Made by a program: the position numbers and the translations under genes
Notes under the pieces: generated by a model
The model's database searches: none
Told to the model about the DNA's origin: nothing
Seen by the model: only the letters and a program-made list of their open reading frames with translations
From: Marsupella aquatica
Taxonomy: Eukaryota; Plantae; Marchantiophyta
Direction of reading: 5' to 3'
DNA: 64,000 nt
Assembly (NCBI GenBank): GCA_973895155.1
Contig: OZ316895.1
Coordinates: 6,564,136 to 6,628,135, forward strand
Part shown: positions 14,017 to 24,059 of the stretch, piece by piece
How positions within the stretch are numbered: the stretch's first letter is position 1
Layout: each line of letters begins with the position of its first letter

Positions 14017-14205
14017 GAATTTCCAAGAAATCTATGACAGCGTTCGCATTCTCCTCTCAGTCTTACCACAGAGACAGAGGAAGGGGAGTACAACCAATTT
14101 CTAGAGGCCCCGCCAGCTCCTTATCTGTAGCTCTCACTGCGATTGCGAAACCCCTCTCTCTGCACCATGTTTCCTATTGACGACTGAGTGCCAAAGGTTC
14201 TAGAA
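14017..14205 (-). promoter_or_regulatory. Imperfect heat-shock elements upstream of the sHSP
   Basis: GAAttTCCaaGAA at 14017-14029 and AAAggTTCtaGAA at 14193-14205 (nGAAnnTTCn arrays, each with one mismatched unit). Confidence 0.4.
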
Positions 14206-14717
14206 ACAGCTCCGATATCAAGGGCAAGTGTTTGCTGACAGGATCCGAAATCAGGCACGGGTTCACATCACTCCCACCGCCTTGCTGTGGCTGACTGGAG
14301 AGATTCTTACACTCCGAAACAGAGCTCCTGAATCAGATTCTGAACTACTGTACTTCTGTTCGAGGTTGGCTTCACTTGGTGGGCACAGGGCAGCAATGCA
14401 ATACAACAATAGAGAAAGAAGGAATCATGAAGGATAAGAGAAATTGAGGAATGACTAAATTTGGAAACTCTGGAGCAGCATTGAAGGTTCTGTGACGTAC
14501 CTTTGATGGGCCACAACCGTACCACAGGTACCCCACCAGACTACCGACCGACCAGCTAAATTGTGGGCGGATCAACAGACGCAAGGAAGGAACTAAAGGA
14601 AGGAATTCTTGGATTTGACTCCTTGATTACTCACCTGGACACCTGGGCAGTCTGTTCTATAAAATTCATTCAAGTAGACTACAGTCCACCACGTATGAGC
14701 GCAGCCAGTATAAGTGC

Positions 14718-14970
14718 ATTCCTTGGTTAACTGCAGGGCTGGCTGTGTGGTCCACTAATATTAGAGCCATTTCCTTTGTAAATGCATCGAAAATTAAAGT
14801 TTGTATACATACATTCCTTGGTTAAGTTCAGGCCAGCCATGAAGCCACCTAATATTACAGAGTTTTGTTAAGTAAATGCATCAAAAAATGCAGTTTGCAT
14901 ATTAAGTGCAGGCCAACCATGTATTAGAGTGATTTCCTTTGTAAATGCACCAAAACTGCAGTTTGCAAAA
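14718..14970. repeat. Three degenerate 70-95 bp direct repeats
   Basis: Recurring TTAA(C/G)T(G/T)CAGG..TATTA(G/C)AG..GTAAATGCA..AGTTTG motif order. Confidence 0.6.
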
Positions 14971-16901
14971 GAGCAAGTAGACCAGCACTAGAGAATAATA
15001 CACAAGTACATTTTTGGGTATAAGCGTACACATGCATTTATCAATTAGTGCAAAGCATGCTCAAGCTAAGGAGCATTTACTGATAAGTGTAGTACTTGAC
15101 AATTGGGAGACAATTACATAAAGTAGTTTGATGCACTTAGCCAGCTGAGTTGTGTAGTACGAGGGGCGGAGGTAGGAGGGGGCAAGTGACAGCAAAGCAA
15201 GCGACCCAACCCAAAGAATGTTCAGTCCAATCTTGAGGGTTGAAAAGGGTGTTGCAATTAGGGTGGAGAACATGGACTACCATCAATTTGTGCAACCTTG
15301 CCAGATGTTGAAGGTCAAATTGTTTCAAGTTAACTATACCTACTTAGTTTGCTTATCCAGCAGTGGAAAAAGAAAATGATGTAGACTAAGTAATAAAACC
15401 AAAAAAGTACAATGGCAAAGCCTGTGTTAGATATAAAGGTCGTGACTGTTTGTGCAAATTTTCCAGAAAGTTTTCAAAAACCTACCCACAAAGTTGCTTC
15501 TCCGGTGAATCTTTTTTTACAAAATTTTTGCACAAATGAAGAAAAAGCGCAGCAAAAAAGAAAATACTTGCATGGAAACTCTTTTGGCACACAATTCCAT
15601 CTATGTTTTTCATGTGTAGTTTGAATATACCAAACCTGTACTATATACCTATCTCTTCCGGCCCAGGGAGTGTGAGGAAGCCAAGGAGTGAAAAAACAAA
15701 TATTTCAAGATAATGGAAATCCCTCCCCTCTTAACTACTACTCACAGTCTTGTTTCCTAAGTTTATGCTTTTTAGTGACTTAATACACGTGTCACCACCT
15801 AAAGTCATTATTTATGGAAAAAACTTGAAAGGCCCACAACTTTTTGAAAGAGATTTATAATATTTTAGCAGCCTCCGGGGTCTCACTAGTATATGAAGGC
15901 CTCCTATCACTTGCAACGTTTCTAGGCCTCAGACCCACTAATATGTAAGAAAAGATTTGGTTAGAAGGACCCTAATGTTCTTAAAGTTATAAAAGTGGAT
16001 TTAAAATACCCTACTATTGTTCTTCTGAGAAAATTCTTAATACTTCCCTTCAAACCAATAAAACAACCCTATCCTTTGTTTGCACATGATGTGTTATTTT
16101 TGTGGAACTGAAACCCCCGAGTTAGCACCTAGATAGTTATGTACCCCTGGTACGCAACTCCTGTAATAGGTAGGGTCTACATTTTTATATGGACTGGAAG
16201 GTTGGCTATAATACACAAATAAAATTCAAAAATACCTGGGTTTCCCATTTACAAAATATTTTGAGTCACATATAAATTTTTGGTTTCTTCTTAAAATTTC
16301 CACATAAGATGAAAAAAATCATAAACATGCTGTTATATTTACAAAAGATTTTAAGAATTTTCACAAATTCCCCCAAACCTGGCTTGTTTGGTTGTAGACC
16401 CTTGGCTGTATTAAAAGATCCATATATTTGGTTTTAATGGAGATTTTTTCACATCAAAACCCCCATTGGTTACATTAATTTTGAATTCCTTGAGTTGAGA
16501 GGTGCTGTACAATCTGAGTTTAATTAGTACACTAAAACAAAACCTAACATTCTCAATTGGATATGAGGTAATATGAGGAACTTACAACTTGTCTAGTAAA
16601 AAGAGCAATTTTATACTCTCGGACCTTATGTACTAGAAAAAATTATGACATGTGGGGATAAAAGTGCGGCCAACACTTTGTCAGGACATGAACAATGAGG
16701 AGAGGGCACATGTACAAGTGGCCCAAACTAATTTATTCTTGCTCTAAGGTGGTGCAAAAACAATTTGATATTAACTCTCAAAAGAATGAATAATTATTCT
16801 TCTCAACTTATATAGGAATCCTCTTGAGCCATAAACACTACAAGATAAGGTACACTGTTCACCCTAATTAGTGTTATGCATGAATTAGTGTTACTAACAT
16901 C

Positions 16902-17237
16902 TGTTGAACTATGACGTCTTCCTTCATGACAATCCAATCATTACTCATTCCATGTACACGTAGTCGACACAATCTCTACGTGGTTCATCTTTTCTCTAAG
17001 GCTACGTTCATACAAACACTAAAGCTTTACTTCAAGAGTAGACAAACACACATGCTCTCCCTCTTCCTCAAGTTGCTTCATTACAATGAGTAAGCATCAC
17101 ATACCAACGGCTTACACTAGCCCTGGTATATACAAGGTCACACACGACTAACCTAACCTCGATCAGCTAAGATCCTAGTTGTGGTTAGCCTAAGTGCCAT
17201 AACCTTTGAGTCACAAGACTAAAAGAAATTCTTAACA
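16902..17237 (-). mobile_element. Solo LTR related to the Copia family at 35031-41846
   Basis: TG...CA ends and a 5-bp TSD ACATC (16897-16901 and 17238-17242). Shares TAGTCGACAC, TACGTGGTTCA, GGCTACGT, GTGGTTAGC and GAGTCACAAGACTA, in order, with the Copia LTRs. Confidence 0.85.
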
Positions 17238-18845
17238 ACATCAATTTTGGTAAAAATGATTTTGAGTCCAAGTAACACCAATTTTTGTTGGTTTCTAAAA
17301 CAGATTTTTTTTCACTTTAGTTTAAATTGCTTGTAAAAAATGGATGACCTTTTGTAACACTAATTGTTGTGGATTTTTCAAAAACCTTTTTTCTCTCTAT
17401 TTTGCCACTCTGAAGACCACGATAACACTAGTTCATGTGCGCAAAAATAGTGTTCACACAAAATTAGTGTGACTAACTCTAATTAGTGTTAGTCACACTT
17501 ATTACAGTGAACAGTGTACTTTTCTTTCTTTTTGAGTATCCACACACTTTTAAGTATGGTAAAGAATACTTTTTTGCTGATTTATCTAGTGAGGATAGTA
17601 GTAAAGGCACTTAATTTATTACTATTTTGGGAAGGATGTTTAAAGTTGGAGCAACCCTTTCAAAAGAACTTTTTCATAGTTATTTACAAACAGGGGCCCC
17701 CAAAAACTACCACCCCACCTCCAAAAGAATTGAAAATGGAAAGACGGAGAAGCTTTCTAAAACATGTAGAAACTGTTAAAAAAAGCCTAAAAATAATCTT
17801 TCTTGGTCATCCTTGGTTTCTCTCTCCCTAGGGGTCCTACGGTCACCACTAATTGAGTGTAGGGTAGCCTGTACAGCTTGCATTTGGCATACATTCAATT
17901 GAGTCGCATTCAATAAACTTGCATTCTTTTACACAGTTTGGATACAGATTCCTAGTATACATTTGTTTAAGCTTATAGCTCATTTTAGGTCATCCCAGGA
18001 CCCATTTTTTGACGCTGTTTGGATTCGATTCCTATACAATTGCTTAAGCTTATGGCTCATAGTTTTAGGTAATCCCAGGGCCCATCAACTGAATAAATCA
18101 AGGTTGTCATGGATTCACTCCAAAAGTTGGTTTCTAAACAGAGTTTTGACTCCTTTTGGCAGGATTGAATATACAAGAGGATTGAATATTAAGGTGCTTG
18201 ATTCTCGTAAGAATTAATGTCGAGAATCTAAAATACTTGAAAGTATGAATCTTAATGACAGTGGGCCACTAGCCACTCGTCTCAGCTGAGTCTTGCAAAA
18301 GCAAAAGCTAGCTTGGACCGAGAACACTTTTTCCTACAAAATTATGGCCAAAAACCTTATTTGATACATCTTAATTAGCATGTTGACATAACTACCCCAA
18401 TAGCAAAGAAATACCATTATGAATGCCCCAAAAGAATAACTAACTAACTTAAGGTATTGTGAGTTTAAAATGCAGAGTCATTCTCACAGTTAATGCTAAA
18501 CATATTTTCTCATCCATTGATATAAAAAATGATGTACGTGCACCTTTTCTTGCATTTGTCTGACCGTTGTGCACCAATAGTCCATAGTCCTCCTTTTTAG
18601 CCGATGATCGATCAAATGCTTCAATCGATGAAATTTAATGGCTAAGGATGGTTGTTGTTCTTTAGATAAACAAATTAAATTTAATGAAATCATTTATCTA
18701 AATTCGTCCTTCCCATCACTGGAGTCGAGGGGCTTCTTGCGTGAGGCTCAAATTTTACCGGAAGGATTAGTACAGAGTTGTGCACTTCGTATGAACTGAA
18801 TCTTGTTGTATCTGAGATCGTGGCGATTATGACGGACCCAGCGAT

Positions 18846-20300
18846 AAATTATGATCACCAGGTCTATTTTGCCTGAGCAGCCAAAGAAGTAACGATGGCA
18901 AATTAAGCTTCTTTGTTTCTATATATAGGCCTTCATTGCGAAAACTGGCATGCACAGAAGTCCCCAATGGATCGCACGCACGTACGTCGTTAAGCAGCCT
19001 TAATGGTTACGGCAGTTCTCTCAACATCACGAGAGCCTTCAGTCAAAACACGAAATACGTCACGGATTACAGAGACAATGATCTAAATTATGATCACCAG
19101 GTCTATTTTGCTTGAGCCAAACAAGTATCGACGGCAAATTAAGCTTCTTCGTTTCTATATTCTTTGCACGAACTAGCATGCACAGAAGTCCCCAATGGAT
19201 CGCACGCACGTACGTCGTTAAGCAGCCTTAATGGTTACGGCAGTTCTCTCAACATCACGAGAGTCTTCAGTCAAAACACGAACTACGTCACGGATTACAG
19301 AGACAATGATCTAAATTATGATCACCAGGTCTATTTTGCTTGAGCCAAACAAGTATCGACGGCAAATTAAGCTTCTTCGTTTCTATATTCTTTGCATGCA
19401 CAGAAGTCCCCAATGGATCGCACGCACATACGTCGTTGAGCAGCCTTAATGGTTACCACAGTTCTCTCAACACCACGAGAGTCTTCAGGCAAAACACGAA
19501 CTACGGTCACGGATTACAGAGACAATGATCTAAACTATGATCACCAGGTCTATTTTGCCTAAGAGCCAAACAAGTATCGACGGCAAATTAAGTTTCTTCG
19601 TTTCTATATATAGGCCTTCTTTGCGAGAACTAGCTTGCACAGAAGTCCCCAATGGATCGCACGCACATACGTCGTTGAGCAGCCTTAATGGTTACCACAG
19701 TTCTCTCAACATCACGAGAGTCTTCAGGCAAAACACGAACTACGGTCACGGATTACAGAGACAATGATCTAAACTATGGTCACCAGGTAGGCAAAACACG
19801 AACTACGGTCACGGATTACAGAGACAATGATCTAAACTATGATCACCAGGTCTATTTTGACTGAGCCGAACAAGTATCGACCGCAAATTAAGCTTCTTCG
19901 TTTCTATATATAGGCCTTCTTTGCCAGAACTCGCTTGCACAGAAGTCCCCAATGGATCGCACGCACGTACGTCGTTAAGCAGCCTTAATGGTTACCACAG
20001 TTCTCCCAACATCACGAGAGTCTTCAGGCAAAACATGAACTACAGGCACGGATTACAGAGGCAATGATCTAAACTGTGATCACCAGGTCTATTTTGCCTG
20101 AGCCAAACAAGTATCGACGGCAAATTAAGCTTCTTCGTTTCTATATATAAGCCTTATTTGTGAGAACAAGGATGGCTACAGAAGTCCCCAATGGATCGCA
20201 CGCACGTACGTCGTTAAGCAGCCTTAATGGTTACGACAGTTCTCTCAACATCACGTGAGTCTTCAGGCAAACACGAACTACGGTCACGGCTTACAGAGTG
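18846..20300. repeat. Tandem array: six ~220-240 bp units plus one ~61-bp partial unit
   Basis: TGATCACCAGGTCTATTTTG recurs at ~18853, 19091, 19319, 19538, 19840 and 20077 (variant at ~19778). CAGAAGTCCCCAATGGATCGCACGCA is present in all six full units. Confidence 0.95.
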
Positions 20301-20604
20301 AATGAATTCACCAAGCTCTTTTGTAAGCTATTGACTGTAAATTAAGCATCGATCATCTTGTCCCGCAGAAGTTATTGAAAAGCATTCAAAAGAGATAAAC
20401 ATACATCACAAAACTGTTCAATCACTCCCCAGCCTATCGCTTGTATCATGCACACACGTAATTACATGGCAAACGTTTCGGCATCGCCGAGACCACTCTT
20501 TCACATTTATTGAGGTCTAATTATGGGACCGCCGCACTTGGCAGCTACAGCTTTCTACCACCCGGGTCGTTCCAAACTGCAGAACTAGCCGGGTGTCTTA
20601 CATA

Positions 20605-20625
20605 ATCATCATCATCATCATCATC
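20605..20625. repeat. (ATC)7 microsatellite
   Basis: Direct reading. Confidence 0.85.
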
Positions 20626-20908
20626 CGGAACGAATCGAAACGGAAAAGTCAAGAAAACAAAAAAGCTAGCATATATTGCGTAATCGCAGGTGCACATACG
20701 AAAGCACCAGCGGAGGAACAGCTCGCTCAATTAAAAGCTGATGGTCTACTCCATAAGATTCCCACGAGGGCTTTCGTATATGTACCAGCAGAAACCTGAA
20801 AGTAAAACATGTTTGGTTGCCCAGGCTAGGGCCCAGGTCTTCTCTGACTAACTTCGTGGTGCATAATCCATCCCCAACGTGCTGAGAGGGAGACTTGCCA
20901 TGCTACCA

Positions 20909-21850
20909 TCACCGTACAATGAGCTTGCTGCGAAAGCCACCGGGAGAATCGAAACTAGTATTGTGAGTATTGCTGTCGTTCTCGCAGCTCTGTATTACTT
21001 CCTTGAGAAACTTAATGTAATGAACGGCCTTGTCCAAAACGGAATCAATGTTCATCTTCTTCTTGCAATTGCAGTCGGGTATCATCACTTGAAGAATACG
21101 CATCCTGTCACCAATTCTCACTCTCCTATGCCTGGCAATCACACTCTGCGGATCCTTGGAGAGTTTCTCTCCCTGCCGTTTTGGCCGACTGTTCGCCACA
21201 AGGTTCATATCAAATCCTCCCGGACCGCGAGCCTTCAACACATCGGTCTGAGCGAATTGCTCCGCGAAAGTCATTTCCCTCAATGCCTGAATCGATTTGG
21301 CGGCCGCGCCAGAATTAACCTTGACATTGATAGCAGCCATACTGTGCTGCGGAGTGCTGCCACCAATGACGCCGCATACCTGCTCCACTTCCGGCGTAAA
21401 CGATTCGCCGCTGTTTCTCGGGACTGGGAGAGTGTTGCAGAGCAAGGGATTTCTTGAGAAGCAGCCAACAGTGCCTATCGCAGCATTGATATCAGCCATA
21501 CAGTACTGCGAAGCGCTGTCACCAACGCCGCCTACCACCTGCTTCACATTCGATATAAGCAATTCGCAACTGTTGCTCGGGATTGCGAGAGTGGTGCCGA
21601 TCATGGCACTTGAGAAGCCATCAGTTTCCCCTATCTCATCGAACATTTCCAGGTAAGTGCCGCCTACCACCTGCTCCACATTCGATATAAGCAATTCGCA
21701 ACTGTTGCTCGGGATTGCGAGAGTGGTGCCGATCATGGCACTTGAGAAGCCATCAGTTTCCCCTATCTCATCGAACATTTCCAGGTAAGTGTCACCAGCG
21801 TCGATCAGGTAGCTATCGACGAATTCTGCTGCCAACGGATCCATCGGTGT

Positions 21851-21934
<84 letters not shown>
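20909..21934 (-). CDS. bHLH transcription factor, subfamily VIIIb (HECATE/IND-like), divergent, intronless; ATG at 21844, or at 21934 through the GA repeat
   Basis: SKDPQSVIARHRRVRIGDRMRILQVMIP..KMNIDSVLDKAVHYIKFLKEVIQS matches the VIIIb pattern [50 protein letters not shown] (recalled consensus). Confidence 0.85.
21527..21790 (-). repeat. Near-perfect 132-bp (44-codon) tandem duplication inside the bHLH N-terminal region
   Basis: TYLEMFDEIGETDGFSSAMIGTTLAIPSNSCELLISNV(E/K)QVVGG occurs twice; units start at 21527 and 21659. Confidence 0.95.
21852..21932. repeat. (CT)40 / (GA)40 microsatellite
   Basis: Uninterrupted dinucleotide run of 81 bp. Confidence 0.97.
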
Positions 21935-21936
<2 letters not shown>

Positions 21937-22371
21937 GACTGACTAGCGCTTGCTTCACAACACCTCGTCAAGTAGTGGCAATCCGCCTTCTGCACAATAA
22001 CGTGTGCTCTCTTTCTCTCGGCACCCTCAAAGCTAATATGGGACTGGCGCTTGCTTTGCTACTACTCGTCAACTAACTAGAGCAATCCGTCTCCTGCCCT
22101 CTCCTCTACGGCATTGTACTTAGAGTAGATCGTTGGTCAGCATGCAAGTCTATCAAGCGAATGAAAAGGATTTGCTTCCGCTCAACTCCAGAGATTAGAC
22201 TCGTCTTCGACATCTCTTCTTCTTCGTTTGGATCATTTCTCGATAATCAGCTACACTGTCCACCAATGTCCACCGTAATTAGTGTGACACCAAAAGAATT
22301 GGAGTGATTAACACTAATCTGTACACAAAGCTTTTTTAGTCAGGAATCAGTCTGTTTCCAGGGTCTAGTTT

Positions 22372-23314
22372 CTGATTAATTGCATATTTCGCGTTAATTA
22401 AGTGCGGGAGAGCCGTGAATTTAGGCGTCGAAAGAGCAGGTTCGTGCATGCCTTGAACGTACTCGACTCGTCAACAAACACAAACCAGCGAAGCTTAAAT
22501 GCAATTGGTCAAAACACAAGCACGGGAATGTTAAATGCAGAGTAAAATCAGCAAGCCACACAATCCTGCTATGATATATGAGCAGAAGTACGAAGAGATC
22601 CAAAGTTATCAGTCCGTGTATCCAATCAAAACTTGAGAGTAAACAGCAGTGGATCCGTCCAGTCACTTCAAACTAAAAGTTTGATGTCTCATTCGATCCT
22701 TTCTTCTCTTCTCGCTTATTCAGTGTAATACAAAACGAACCTTGTCATTCTTACTATCGATCGATATATATATATATATATATATATATTATACCAGGCC
22801 CGTCACCCAAGGGGTTTGGTCACATTAGGCTGAACTTAAAAGACCAAGTATTAAATATACTTAACAAAGACATACAAAGAGAAACAGAACAAAAGAATCA
22901 AGTAAACACAAAACAAATCATTAAATGTTCCCCTCATCTTTTTCCTCTGCCATCATGATCTGGTCTGAATACAAATATTGTATACAATACATTGGATTTT
23001 GTTTTGGTCTCTTTAGAACAAGGGAAATTGTATAGAAGTCCACAATTGCAGTCCATCATATTGGAGAGTCCATTGTATTGCAGTCCATCTCTATTGCAAA
23101 CAAAAGTATCTTGGGGGACTCTTTTGGTCCTATTCACATAGGTGAACATAGTTCACCCAATAAAAGGAATCTTGAATACTAAATAATCTAAATTCACTAA
23201 AAGCACTTTTTGCTCTTACAATCCACAAAAACTATCTCCCAATCCGGAGGAGCATTTATAACATGTAGGTTGACAGATTGTCTTCCTGACTTCCGCATGG
23301 AAATGCAATTTAAT
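22372..23314. repeat. Second copy of the 11772-12312 block, upstream of bHLH, interrupted by a ~400-bp (TA)n-flanked insertion (~22763-23160)
   Basis: Alignment breaks after CTTGTCATTCTTACT.TCGATC and resumes at AAAAGGAATCTTGAATACTAAATAA. Confidence 0.85.
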
Positions 23315-24059
23315 GTGAAGAATGAGGGAGAGAATGCTCTCCCTCCAACCTATACTTCTCAAGGGACCCATGATGTGTGGGCCTAATCTAAGCGGATGTT
23401 ATCCTAAGATAATCCAGGCTATGGTTAAGTAACCCTAGTAAAGCCAAACTCACTAAAGCCAGGAACTCAAGTTAATTCCTAACAATATCAGTACTAAATT
23501 ATGCCCTTTATTGTGTGGTGTGATTCTTTGTGTGAGATATGTGATATCTTTGACTGATACCTGATCTTAGTGTGAGGGGTACTTGATACAGTTGCAACAC
23601 TCATTCAACTGTGGGGAGAATACCTCGATCTATTAGTGTGACCTTGAGTGTGACTATAATGTGATGCGGACTACGGGGCGGACTATTTTATGTGGGACAA
23701 AAAAAATTAGGGCTATGCAATTAGTGGCACTAACACTAGCTAATTGTGGTGGGAAAGGAGTCACCGGAAGGAAGGGTACTTATTGTTCCAAATTAAAGTC
23801 AACTATATGCTGTGTCTATTGTTAATTTAATGGGGGGTTTGCAATCCACTCACTTAACCCCCCATCTTCTCACCAGAGGTGAAGAACATACGCTAGTCTT
23901 CTTTCTGGCTTTGGATGAGATCTCTCTCAAAAAAAGTATTGGGCTTCTTTCTTGTGTGGAACGAGTTTTCTATTAAATATCTATTTAGAAATTAATTATT
24001 ATTTATGTTGGTATATTATATAGGGTGGGGGAGTTAGGAGCTGTCCATTATATATAAGA

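Noticed and set aside
15640-18300. AT-rich tract with AATTAGTGT motifs, a 12-bp hairpin at ~17466-17499 and an ~82-bp duplication at ~17934-18080, as a Helitron or MITE
   Set aside because: No matching termini or TSD could be fixed. Probably decayed repeat sequence; only the solo LTR inside it is supported.
19340-19767. Repeated 62-76 aa ORFs in the tandem array, read as a peptide-gene cluster or a CRISPR-like array
   Set aside because: Units differ by frame-breaking indels, and whole units repeat with no unique spacers. The context is eukaryotic with no cas genes. No tRNA, 5S, snRNA or convincing C/D box pattern was recognised.
20879-21656. Long antisense ORFs over the bHLH (likewise over BAHD, sHSP and TnpD)
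   Set aside because: Shadow frames of real coding sequence, with no independent motifs.
23314-23484. Possible second solo LTR (TGTGAAG...CCTAACA)
   Set aside because: The flanks (TTTAA versus ATATC) do not form a TSD, and no second copy exists in the window.
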